A stretch of 64,000 nucleotides of DNA from NCBI RefSeq assembly GCF_009914755.1, contig NC_060940.1. One strand, 5' to 3'. Position 1 is the stretch's first letter. The number at the start of each line of letters is the position of its first letter. Source of the DNA: the human T2T-CHM13v2.0 reference genome, Homo sapiens. Both the position numbers and the translations under genes were made by a program. Under the pieces are notes generated by a model. It saw only the letters and a list, made by a program, of their open reading frames with translations. It was not told the origin of the DNA and did not search any database. This document shows, piece after piece, positions 42,401 through 56,700 of this stretch.

Positions 42401-45400
42401 CGATGATGATTACATTGGATTCCATTCTATGATTCCATTCAATTCCATTCGTTGATGATTCGATTCCATTCAATGATGATTCCATTTGAGTTCATTCGAT
42501 GATTCTATTCGATTCCGTTCGATGGTGATTCAATTCTATTATATTGGATGATTCCACTCGATTCCATTTGATGATTATTCCATTGGAGTCCACTTAGTGA
42601 ATCCTTTAGATTCTACTCGACGATGATTCCATTCGAGTCCATTCGATGATACCATTCAATTCCATTCGTTGATGCTTCCATTCAAGTGCATTCGATGATA
42701 TCATTCGATTCCATTTGATGATAATTCCATTTGATTCCATGCGATGATTCTATTCGATTCCATTCAATGATAATTCCATTCAATTCAGTGATTCCTCTGG
42801 ACTCCATTTGATGATGATTCCATTCAATGATTCCATTCGATTCTATTCGAAAATGATTCCATTTGAATCCATTTGATGATGATTCCATTAGATTCCATTT
42901 GATGATTCCATTCGATTCCATTCGACGATGATTCCATTCGATTCCGTTTGATGATTCCATTCTATTCTATTCGATGATGATTCCATTCGATTCCATTCGA
43001 TGATGATTGGATTCGATTCCATTTGATGATTTCATTTGATTCCATTCGTTAATGATTTCGATCAATTCCATTCGATGATTCCATTCGATTCCATTCAATA
43101 ATGATTACATCCGAGTCCATTCGATGATTCCCTTTGAGCCTGTTCGATAATTCCATTTGAGTCCAACCAATGATTCCATTCATTTCCATTCAATGATTCC
43201 ATTCGAGTCCATTTGATCATTCCGGTAGGGTCCATTCGATGTTGATTCCATTGGAGTGCATTCGATGATTCCATTCGAGTCCATTTTAGGATTTGATTCG
43301 AGTCCTTTCGATGATTCCATTCGATTCCACTCGATGATGATTTCATTCGAGTCCATTTGACACTTCCAATCGATTCCATTTGATGATTCCATTCGAGTCC
43401 AATTGATGATTCCATTCAATTCCATTCGATGATGATTCCGTACGATTCCATTCTGTGATGATTCCATGTGATTGCATTCAATGATGATTCCTTTCGATTG
43501 CATTCGATTATGATTCATTTCGTGTTCATTCTATGGTTCCACAGGTTTCCATTCGTGTCCATTCCATTATTCCATTCTATTCCATTTGATGATGATTCCA
43601 TTCGATTCCATTCATTGGTGATTCCACTCAATTCCATTCAATGATTCCATTCCATTTCTTTCAACAATGATTCCATTAGTTTCTAATCGATGATCCACTT
43701 GATTCCATTTGACGACGATTCCATTCTTGTCCATTCGATGATTCCATTTGATTCCATATGATGATGATTCCATTCGATTCCATACCATGATGATTCCATT
43801 CGAGTCCATTCAATGGTGATTCCATTCAATTCCATTCGATGATTCCTTTTCATTCCATTCGATGATGATTGCATTCGATTCCTTTCAATCATTCCCTTTG
43901 ATTCCATTCAAAAGTGATTTCATTCAAGTCCATTCGATAATTGCATTCGATTCCATTCTATGATGATTCCATTCGAGTCCATTTGATGATTCCATTCAAT
44001 TCAAGTCAATGATGATTCCATTCGATTCCATTCGATGATTCCATTGGATTCCATTCGATGATGATTCCATTCAAATCCATTCGATAATTCAATTCAAGTC
44101 CATTCGATGATGATTCCAATCGAATCCATTCAAAGATTCCATTCAGTTCCATTCGATGATTCCCTTAGATTCCATTCGATGATTCCACTTGATTGCATTT
44201 ACGATGATTCCATTCGATTCCATGTGATGATTCCATTCAATTCTATTCAATGATGTCTCCATTTGATTCCATTCGACCATGATTGCCTTTGATTCCATTC
44301 AATGATTCCATTCGGTTCCGTTTGATGATGATTCCGTTCGATTCCATTTGATGATTCCATTTGATTCCATTGGATGAGTCCATTCGATTACATTCGATGA
44401 TTATTCCATTCGAGTGCATTAGATGATTCCATTCGAGTCCATTCGATGATTCCATTCGATTCCATTCGATGTTGATTCTGTTCAAATCCATTCGATGATT
44501 CCACTCGATTCCATTCGTTGACTCCATTTGATCCCATTCGATGATTTCCTTTGATTCCCTTTGATGATCATTCCATTTGATTCAATTCGGTGATTTCATT
44601 TGATTCCATTCAGTGATGTTTCCATTCGACTCCATTCGATGATGATTCCATTCGACTCCATTCGATTATGATTTCATTCAATTCCATTCGATAATGATTC
44701 CCTTCGAGTCCATTCGATGATTCCATTCGATTCCATTCAACGATGATTTGATTCGTGTCCATTCGATGATTCCATTTGATTCCACTTGATGATGATTCCA
44801 TTCGAGTCCATTTGATGATTCCATTCAATTCCATACTCCGATGATTTCTTTTGAGCCCACTCAATGCTTCCACTCGATTCCATATGATGATGACTCCATT
44901 CGATGAAATTCGATGATGATTCCATTCGCTTGCTTTCGATGATGATTCCACTTGAGTCCGTTAGAAGATTCTATTCAATTACATTCCATGACGATTCCGT
45001 TCGAGTCCATTTGATGATTCCATTAGACTCCATTCGACGATGATTCCATTCGATGTTATTCGATGATTCCATTCGATCTCATTCGATGATGATTCCATTC
45101 AACTCCATTCGATGTTTCCATTCGAGTTCATTCTATTATTCCATTAGATTCCATTCGATGATGATTCCATTCGATTCCATTTGATGATTGCATTCTATTT
45201 CATTTGATGATGATTCCATTCGAGTCCACTCGATGATTCCATTCGAGTCCATTTAATGAATCCATTGGTTTCAATTCTATGATGATTACATTGGATTCCA
45301 TTCGTTGATGATTTCATTCGGTTCCATTCAATGATGATTCTATTCAATTCCTTTCAATGTTTCCATTCAATTCCATACGATGATGATTCCATTTGATTTG

Positions 45401-45599
45401 ATTCGACAGTGAGCCATTCGATTCAATTCCATGATGATTCTATTTGATTCAATTGGTTGACATTTCCATTCGATTCCATTCGATGATGATTCCCTTTGAT
45501 TCCGTTCAAAGATGATTCCATTCTAGCCCATTCAATCATTCCATTCGATTCTATTCAATGATGATTCCATTCATGTCGATTTGGTGATTCCATTTGACT
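39488..45599 (+). repeat. Canonical 6112-bp higher-order unit, copy 1 (arbitrary phase)
   Basis: Landmarks recur exactly 6112 bp later: 39488/45600, 40053/46165, 40776/46888, 41477/47589, 42181/48293, 42682/48794, 43612/49724, 44243/50355, 44610/50722. Confidence 0.95.
42173..42183 (-). promoter_or_regulatory. DUX4-type double-homeodomain motif TAATTGAATCA (representative copy)
   Basis: The + strand reads TGATTCAATTA, which fits the DUX4 consensus TAAYBBAATCA. It also starts at 6555, 16437, 24484, 30026, 36051, 48285, 54593 and 60900. Binding cannot be shown from sequence alone. Confidence 0.5.
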
Positions 45600-48500
45600 T
45601 CATTTGATGATGATTCCTTTCAAGTTCATTAGATGATTCCATTCGATTCCATTTGATGATGATCCCATTCGAGTCCATTCAGTGATTCCATTCGTTTCCA
45701 TTCCATGATGATTCCATTCCTTTCCATTCAATGATTCCATTCGATTCCGTTTGATGATGATTTCATTCGAGTCCATTTGATGATTCCATTTGATTCCATT
45801 CGATGATGATTCCATTCGAGTCCATTCGATGATTCTATTCGAATCCATTTGATGATTTCTTTTGATTATATTTGGTGATGATTCCATTGGAGTCCATTCA
45901 ATGATTCCATTCTATTCCAATCGATGATGATTCCATTAGAGTCCATTTAATGATTCCATTTGATTCCAGTCTCTGATGATTACATTCGAGTCCATACGAT
46001 GATTCCACTCAATTCCATATGATGATGATTCCATTTGATTCCATTCGGTGATTCCATTCTATTCTATTCAATGGTGATTCCATTCGAGTACATTAGATGA
46101 TTCCATTCGATTCCATTCAATGATGATTCTATTTGTGTCCCTTAGATGATTCCACATGATTCCATTAGATGATGATACTATTTGAGCCCATCCAATGATT
46201 CCCTTCGATTCCATTCGATGAGGATTCCATTCGATTCAATTCATTGGTGATTCTATTCAATTCAATTCTTTGATTCCATTCCATTCCATTCGACAATGAT
46301 TCCATTCGATTTCTTTCGATGATTCCACTCGATTCCACTTGACATTGATTCCATTCGATTCCATTCAATGATTCCATTTGATTCCAGTGGATGATGATTG
46401 CCATCGATTCCATTCGATCACTCCATTCTATTCCATTTGATGATGATTACATTCGATTCCATTTGATGATTCCATCTGATTCTATTCGAGGATTCCATTT
46501 GATTCCATTCGATGATGATTCCATTCGAGTCCATTCGATGATTTCATTCGAGTACATCCAATGATTCCATTCGAGTCCATTAGATGATTCCATTTGATTC
46601 CATTTGAAAATGATTCTACTAGAGTCCATTCAATGACTCCATTCGAGTCCATTCAACAATTCCATTCGACTCCATTCGATGATTCCATTCGATTCCATTT
46701 GATGGTTCCATTCGAGTCCATTTAATCATTACAGTCGAGTCCATTTGGTGATTCCACTGGATTTCTTTTGATAATGATACCATTCAATTACATTTGATGA
46801 TGATCCCATTCAATTTCATTGGATGATGATTCCATTAGAGTCCATTCGATGATTTCATTCGAGTCCCTTCATTGATTCCATCCGATTTCATTGGATGATG
46901 ACTCCATTCGAGTCCATTCGATGATTCCACTCGATTCCATTAGATGACTCCATTGGAGTCCATTTGATTGTTCCATTCGATTCCATTCGATTCCTTTCGA
47001 AGATTATTCCATTTGAGTCCATTCGATGATGATTCCATTCCATTCCATTCGATGATTCCGTTTGATTCCATTCGATGATTCCCTTCGATTCCTTTCTTTG
47101 ATGATTCCATTCCATTCCATTCAATGATTCCATTCGAATCTATTCCATGATGATTCCTTTCGATTCCATTCGCTGATGTTTCCGTTCAATTCCATTCGAT
47201 GATGATTCCATTCGATTCCATTCATTGAGGATTCCATTTGATTCCATTCAATGATGATTCCATTCTATTCCATTCAATGATTGCATTCAATTCCATTCAA
47301 TGATTATCCCCTTAGAGTAAACTCAACGATTCCATTCAATACCATTCGATGATGATTCCTTTTGAGTCCATTCAATGATTTCATTCAAGTCCATTTGATG
47401 ATTCCTTTCAATTCCATTCTATGATGATTCCATTCGAGTCCATTCGATGATTCCATTCGATTGCATTCGATGATTCCATTATATTCCATTCAACGGTGAT
47501 TCCATTCGAGTCCATTCCATGATTCCATTAGAGTACATTTAATGATTGCTTTGTTTTCAATTCGAAGATGATTACATTGGATTCCATTCTATGATACCAT
47601 TCGATTCCATTCAATGATGATTCCACTCAAATCCATTGGATGATTCCATTCGTGTCCATTCGGTGATTTCATTAGATTCCATTCGAGGATGATTCCATTC
47701 GATTCCATTCGATGATTCCATTCAATTCCATTCGATGATGATTCCATTCCAGTCCATATGATCATTCCATTTGATTTCATTCGATGATGATTCCATTCGA
47801 TTCCATTCGACGATTCCATTCTATTCCATTCGATGATGATTCCATTCGAGTCCATTCGATGATTCCATTCGAGTCCATTTAATGATTCCATTGGGTTCAA
47901 TTCAATGATGATTACATTGGATTCCGTTCTATGATTCCATTCAATTCCGTTCATTGACAATTTGATTCCATTCGATGATGATTCCATTTGAGTTCATTCG
48001 ATGATTCTATTCGATTCTCTTCGATGGTGATTCAATTCTATTATATTGGATGATTCCATTCGATTCCATTTGATGTTGATTCAATTCGATTCTATTCGAT
48101 GATGATTCCATTGGATTTCACTTGATGATTCTATTCGATTCCATTCAATGATGATTCACTTCTCGTCCATTGGATGATTCCATTTCATTCCATTCGATGA
48201 TGATTCCATTCGATTCCATTCGATGATTCCATTTGATTCCATGCGACGGTGAGCAATTCGATTCAATTCCATGATGATTCTATTTGATTCAATTAGATGA
48301 TGTTTCCATTCGAATCCATTCCATGATTATTCCATTGGAATCCATTCGGCGATGATTCCATATGAGTCAATTCAATGATGATTCCATATGGGTCCGTTCG
48401 ATGATAATTCCATTTGATTTCATTCGATGCTTCTATTCTATTCCAGTCGATGATGATTCCGTTGGAGTCCATACGATGATTCCATTTGATTTCATTTGAT

Positions 48501-51500
48501 GATGATTCCATTCGATGATGATTACATTGGATTCCATTCTATGATTCCATTCAATTCCATTCGTTGATGATTCGATTCCATTCAATGATGATTCCATTTG
48601 AGTTCATTCGATGATTCTATTCGATTCCGTTCGATGGTGATTCAATTCTATTATATTGGATGATTCCACTCGATTCCATTTGATGATTATTCCATTGGAG
48701 TCCACTTAGTGAATCCTTTAGATTCTACTCGACGATGATTCCATTCGAGTCCATTCGATGATACCATTCAATTCCATTCGTTGATGCTTCCATTCAAGTG
48801 CATTCGATGATATCATTCGATTCCATTTGATGATAATTCCATTTGATTCCATGCGGTGATTCTATTCGATTCCATTCAATGATAATTCCATTCAATTCAG
48901 TGATTCCTCTGGACTCCATTTGATGATGATTCCATTCAATGATTCCATTCGATTCTATTCGAAAATGATTCCATTTGAATCCATTTGATGATGATTCCAT
49001 TAGATTCCATTTGATGATTCCATTCGATTCCATTCGACGATGATTCCATTCGATTCCGTTTGATGATTCCATTCTATTCTATTCGATGATGATTCCATTC
49101 GATTCCATTCGATGATGATTGGATTCGATTCCATTTGATGATTTCATTTGATTCCATTCGTTAATGATTTCGATCAATTCCATTCGATGATTCCATTCGA
49201 TTCCATTCGATAATGATTACATCCGAGTCCATTCGATGATTCCCTTTGAGCCTGTTCGATAATTCCATTTGAGTCCAACCAATGATTCCATTCATTTCCA
49301 TTCAATGATTCCATTCGAGTCCATTTGATCATTCCGGTAGGGTCCATTCGATGTTGATTCCATTGGAGTGCATTCGATGATTCCATTCGAGTCCATTTTA
49401 GGATTTGATTCGAGTCCTTTCGATGATTCCATTCGATTCCACTCGATGATGATTTCATTCGAGTCCATTCGACACTTCCAATCGATTCCATTTGATGATT
49501 CCATTCGAGTCCAATTGATGATTCCATTCAATTCCATTCGATGATGATTCCGTACAATTCCATTCTGTGATGATTCCATGTGATTGCATTCAATGATGAT
49601 TCCTTTCGATTGCATTCGATTATGATTCATTTCGTGTTCATTCTATGGTTCCACAGGTTTCCATTCGTGTCCATTCCATTATTCCATTCTATTCCATTTG
49701 ATGATGATTCCATTCGATTCCATTCATTGGTGATTCCACTCAATTCCATTCAATGATTCCATTCCATTTCTTTCAACAATGATTCCATTAGTTTCTAATC
49801 GATGATCCACTTGATTCCATTTGACGACGATTCCATTCTTGTCCATTCGATGATTCCATTTGATTCCATATGATGATGATTCCATTCGATTCCATACCAT
49901 GATGATTCCATTCGAGTCCATTCAATGGTGATTCCATTCAATTCCATTCGATGATTCCTTTCGATTCCATTCGATGATGATGGCATTCGATTCCTTTCAA
50001 TCATTCCCTTTGATTCCATTCCGAGGTGATTTCATTCAAGTCCATTCGATAATTGCATTCGATTCCATTCTATGATGATTCCATTCGAGTCCATTTGATG
50101 ATTCCATTCAATTCAAGTCAATGATGATTCCATTCGATTCCATTCGATGATTCCATTGGATTCCATTCGATGATGATTCCATTCAAATCCATTCGATAAT
50201 TCAATTCAAGTCCATTCGATGATGATTCCAATCGAATCCATTCAAAGATTCCATTCAGTTCCATTCGATGATTCCCTTAGATTCCATTCGATGATTCCAC
50301 TTGATTGCATTTACGATGATTCCATTCGATTCCATGTGATGATTCCATTCAATTCTATTCAATGATGTCTCCATTTGATTCCATTCGACCATGATTGCCT
50401 TTGATTCCATTCAATGATTCCATTCGGTTCCGTTTGATGATGATTCCGTTCGATTCCATTTGATGATTCCATTTGATTCCATTGGATGAGTCCATTCGAT
50501 TACATTCGATGATTATTCCATTCGAGTGCATTAGATGATTCCATTCGAGTCCATTCGATGATTCCATTCGATTCCATTCGATGTTGATTCTGTTCAAATC
50601 CATTCGATGATTCCACTCGATTCCATTCGTTGACTCCATTTGATCCCATTCGATGATTTCCTTTGATTCCCTTTGATGATCATTCCATTTGATTCAATTC
50701 GGTGATTTCATTTGATTCCATTCAGTGATGTTTCCATTCGACTCCATTCGATGATGATTCCATTCGACTCCATTCGATTATGATTTCATTCAATTCCATT
50801 CGATAATGATTCCCTTCGAGTCCATTCGATGATTCCATTCGATTCCATTCAACGATGATTTGATTCGTGTCCATTCGATGATTCCATTTGATTCCACTTG
50901 ATGATGATTCCATTCGAGTCCATTTGATGATTCCATTCAATTCCATACTCCGATGATTTCTTTTGAGCCCACTCAATGCTTCCACTCGATTCCATATGAT
51001 GATGACTCCATTCGATGAAATTCGATGATGATTCCATTCGCTTGCTTTCGATGATGATTCCACTTGAGTCCGTTAGAAGATTCTATTCAACTACATTCCA
51101 GGACGATTCCGTTCGAGTCCATTTGATGATTCCATTAGACTCCATTCGACGATGATTCCATTCGATGTTATTCGATGATTCCATTCGATCTCATTCGATG
51201 ATGATTCCATTCAACTCCATTCGATGTTTCCATTCGAGTTCATTCTATTATTCCATTAGATTCCATTCGATGATGATTCCATTCGATTCCATTTGATGAT
51301 TGCATTCTATTTCATTTGATGATGATTCCATTCGAGTCCACTCGATGATTCCATTCGAGTCCATTTAATGAATCCATTGGTTTCAATTCTATGATGATTA
51401 CATTGGATTCCATTCGTTGATGATTTCATTCGGTTCCATTCAATGATGATTCCATTCAATTCCTTTCAATGTTTCCATTCAATTCCATACGATGATGATT

Positions 51501-51711
51501 CCATTTGATTTGATTCGACAGTGAGCCATTCGATTCAATTCCATGATGATTCTATTTGATTCAATTGGTTGACATTTCCATTCGATTCCATTCGATGATG
51601 ATTCCCTTTGATTCCGTTCAAAGATGATTCCATTCTAGCCCATTCAATCATTCCATTCGATTCTATTCAATGATGATTCCATTCATGTCGATTTGGTGAT
51701 TCCATTTGACT
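45600..51711 (+). repeat. Canonical 6112-bp higher-order unit, copy 2
   Basis: 45600 to 51712 is 6112 bp; the sequence is near-identical to the previous unit with scattered substitutions. Confidence 0.95.
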
Positions 51712-52158
51712 TCATTTGATGATGATTCCTTTCAAGTTCATTAGATGATTCCATTCGATTCCATTTGATGATGATCCCATTCGAGTCCATTCAGTGATTC
51801 CATTCGTTTCCATTCCATGATGATTCCATTCCTTTCCATTCAATGATTCCATTCGATTCCGTTTGATGATGATTTCATTCGAGTCCATTTGATGATTCCA
51901 TTTGATTCCATTCGATGATGATTCCATTCGAGTCCATTCGATGATTCTATTCGAATCCATTTGATGATTTCTTTTCATTATATTTGGTGATGATTCCATT
52001 GGAGTCCATTCAATGATTCCATTCTATTCCAATCGATGATGATTCCATTAGAGTCCATTTAATGATTCCATTTGATTCCAGTCTCTGATGATTACATTCG
52101 AGTCCATACGATGATTCCACTCAATTCCATATGATGATGATTCCATTTGATTCCATTC

Positions 52159-52210
52159 GGTGATTCCATTCTATTCTAATCAATGGTGATTCCATTCTAT
52201 TCTATTCAAT
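52159..52210 (+). repeat. 26-bp tandem duplication
   Basis: GGTGATTCCATTCTATTCTA(A/T)TCAAT occurs twice in tandem. Confidence 0.92.
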
Positions 52211-53378
52211 GGTGATTCCATTCGAGTACATTAGATGATTCCATTCGATTCCATTCAATGATGATTCTATTTGTGTCCCTTAGATGATTCCACATGATTC
52301 CATTAGATGATGATACTATTTGAGCCCATCCAATGATTCCCTTCGATTCCATTCGATGAGGATTCCATTCGATTCAATTCATTGGTGATTCTATTCAATT
52401 CAATTCTTTGATTCCATTCCATTCCATTCGACAATGATTCCATTCGATTTCTTTCGATGATTCCACTCGATTCCACTTGACATTGATTCCATTCGATTCC
52501 ATTCAATGATTCCATTTGATTCCAGTGGATGATGATTGCCATCGATTCCATTCGATCACTCCATTCTATTCCATTTGATGATGATTACATTCGATTCCAT
52601 TTGATGATTCCATCTGATTCTATTCGAGGATTCCATTTGATTCCATTCGATGATGATTCCATTCGAGTCCATTCGATGATTTCATTCGAGTACATCCAAT
52701 GATTCCATTCGAGTCCATTAGATGATTCCATTTGATTCCATTTGAAAATGATTCTACTAGAGTCCATTCAATGACTCCATTCGAGTCCATTCAACAATTC
52801 CATTCGACTCCATTCGATGATTCCATTCGATTCCATTTGATGGTTCCATTCGCGTCCATTTAATCATTACAGTCGAGTCCGTTTGGTGATTCCACTGGAT
52901 TTCTTTTGATAATGATACCATTCAATTACATTTGATGATGATCCCATTCAATTTCATTTGATGATGATTCCATTAGAGTCCATTCGATGATTTCATTCGA
53001 GTCCCTTCATTGATTCCATCCGATTTCATTGGATGATGACTCCATTCGAGTCCATTCGATGATTCCACTCGATTCCATTAGATGACTCCATTGGAGTCCA
53101 TTTGATTGTTCCATTCGATTCCATTCGATTCCTTTCGAAGATTATTCCATTTGAGTCCATTCGATGATGATTCCATTCTATTCCATTCGATGATTCCGTT
53201 TGATTCCATTCGATGATTCCCTTCGATTCCTTTCTTTGATGATTCCATTCCATTCCATTCAATGATTCCATTCGAATCTATTCCATGATGATTCCTTTCG
53301 ATTCCATTCGCTGATGTTTCCGTTCAATTCCATTCGATGATGATTCCATTCGATTCCATTCATTGAGGATTCCATTTG

Positions 53379-53718
53379 ATTCCATTCAATGATGATTCCA
53401 TTGTATTCCATTCAATGATTGCATTCAATTCCATTCAATGATTATCCCATTAGGGTAAACTCAACGATTCCATTCAATACCATTCGATGATGATTCCTTT
53501 TGAGTCCATTCAATGATTTCATTCAAGTCCATTTGATGATTTCTTTCAATTCCATTCAATGATGATTCCATTCTATTCCATTCAATGATTGCATTCAATT
53601 CCATTCAATGATTATCCCATTAGAGTAAACTCAACGATTCCATTCAATACCATTCGATGATGATTCCTTTTGAGTCCATTCAATGATTTCATTCAAGTCC
53701 ATTTGATGATTCCTTTCA
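53379..53718 (+). repeat. 170-bp tandem duplication (2 copies)
   Basis: ATTATCCCATTAG(G/A)GTAAACTCAACG occurs at 53441 and 53611; it is single in canonical units. Confidence 0.93.
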
Positions 53719-56700
53719 ATTCCATTCTATGATGATTCCATTCGAGTCCATTCGATGATTCCATTCGATTGCATTCGATGATTCCATTATATTCCATTCA
53801 ACGGTGATTCCATTCGAGTCCATTCCATGATTCCATTAGAGTACATTTAATGATTGCTTTGTTTTCAATTCGAAGATGATTACATTGGATTCCATTCTAT
53901 GATACCATTCGATTCCATTCAATGATGATTCCACTCAAATCCATTGGATGATTCCATTCGTGTCCATTCGGTGATTTCATTAGATTCCATTCGAGGATGA
54001 TTCCATTCGATTCCATTCGATGATTCCATTCAATTCCATTCGTTGATGATTCCATTCCAGTCCATATGATCATTCCATTTGATTTCATTCGATGATGATT
54101 CCATTCGATTCCATTCGATGATTCCATTCTATTCCATTCGATGATGATTCCATTCGAGTCCATTCGATGATTCCATTCGAGTCCATTTAATGATTCCATT
54201 GGGTTCAATTCAATGATGATTACATTGGATTCCGTTCTATGATTCCATTCAATTCCGTTCATTGACAATTTGATTCCATTCGATGATGATTCCATTTGAG
54301 TTCATTCGATGATTCTATTCGATTCTCTTCGATGGTGATTCAATTCTATTATATTGGATGATTCCATTCGATTCCATTTGATGTTGATTCAATTCGATTC
54401 TATTCGATGATGATTCCATTGGATTTCACTTGATGATTCTATTCGATTCCATTCAATGATGATTCACTTCTCGTCCATTGGATGATTCCATTTCATTCCA
54501 TTCGATGATGATTCCATTCGATTCCATTCGATGATTCCATTTGATTCCATGCGACGGTGAGCAATTCGATTCAATTCCATGATGATTCTATTTGATTCAA
54601 TTAGATGATGTTTCCATTCGAATCCATTCCATGATTATTCCATTGGAATCCATTCGGCGATGATTCCATATGAGTCAATTCAATGATGATTCCATATGGG
54701 TCCGTTCGATGATAATTCCATTTGATTTCATTCGATGCTTCTATTCTATTCCAGTCGATGATGATTCCGTTGGAGTCCATACGATGATTCCATTTGATTT
54801 CATTTGATGATGATTCCATTCGATGACGATTACATTGGATTCCATTCTATGATTCCATTCAATTCCATTCGTTGATGATTCGATTCCATTCAATGATGAT
54901 TCCATTTGAGTTCATTCGATGATTCTATTCGATTCCGTTCGATGGTGATTCAATTCTATTATATTGGATGATTCCACTCGATTCCATTTGATGATTATTC
55001 CATTGGAGTCCACTTAGTGAATCCTTTAGATTCTACTCGACGATGATTCCATTCGAGTCCATTCGATGATACCATTCAATTCCATTCGTTGATGCTTCCA
55101 TTCAAGTGCATTCGATGATATCATTCGATTCCATTTGATGATAATTCCATTTGATTCCATGCGATGATTCTATTCGATTCCATTCAATGATAATTCCATT
55201 CAATTCAGTGATTCCTCTGGACTCCATTTGATGATGATTCCATTCAATGATTCCATTCGATTCTATTCGAAAATGATTCCATTTGAATCCATTTGATGAT
55301 GATTCCATTAGATTCCATTTGATGATTCCATTCGATTCCATTCGACGATGATTCCATTCGATTCCGTTTGATGATTCCATTCTATTCTATTCGATGATGA
55401 TTCCATTCGATTCCATTCGATGATGATTGGATTCGATTCCATTGGATGATTTCATTTGATTCCATTCGTTAATGATTTCGATCAATTCCATTCGATGATT
55501 CCATTCGATTCCATTCGATAATGATTACATCCGAGTCCATTCGATGATTCCCTTTGAGCCTGTTCGATAATTCCATTTGAGTCCAACAATGATTCCATTC
55601 ATTTCCATTCAATGATTCCATTCGAGTCCATTTGATCATTCCGGTAGGGTCCATTCGATGTTGATTCCATTGGAGTGCATTCGATGATTCCATTCGAGTC
55701 CATTTTAGGATTTGATTCGAGTCCTTTCGATGATTCCATTCGATTCCACTCGATGATGATTTCATTCGAGTCCATTCGACACTTCCAATCGATTCCATTT
55801 GATGATTCCATTCGAGTCCAATTGATGATTCCATTCAATTCCATTCGATGATGATTCCGTACGATTCCATTCTGTGATGATTCCATGTGATTGCATTCAA
55901 TGATGATTCCTTTCGATTGCATTCGATTATGATTCATTTCGTGTTCATTCTATGGTTCCACAGGTTTCCATTCGTGTCCATTCCATTATTCCATTCTATT
56001 CCATTTGATGATGATTCCATTCGATTCCATTCATTGGTGATTCCACTCAATTCCATTCAATGATTCCATTCCATTTCTTTCAACAATGATTCCATTAGTT
56101 TCTAATCGATGATCCACTTGATTCCATTTGACGACGATTCCATTCTTGTCCATTCGATGATTCCATTTGATTCCATATGATGATGATTCCATTCGATTCC
56201 ATACCATGATGATTCCATTCGAGTCCATTCAATGGTGATTCCATTCAATTCCATTCGATGATTCCTTTCGATTCCATTCGATGATGATGGCATTCGATTC
56301 CTTTCAATCATTCCCTTTGATTCCATTCAAAGGTGATTTCATTCAAGTCCATTCGATAATTGCATTCGATTCCATTCTATGATGATTCCATTCGAATCCA
56401 TTTGATGATTCCATTCAATTCAAGTCAATGATGATTCCATTCGATTCCATTCGATGATTCCATTGGATTCCATTCGATGATGATTCCATTCAAATCCTTT
56501 CGATAATTCAATTCAAGTCCATTCGATGATGATTCCAATCGAATCCATTCAAAGATTCCATTCAGTTCCATTCGATGATTCCCTTAGATTCCATTCGATG
56601 ATTCCACTTGATTGCATTTACGATGATTCCATTCGATTCCATGTGATGATTCCATTCAATTCTATTCAATGATGTCTCCATTTGATTCCATTCGACCATG

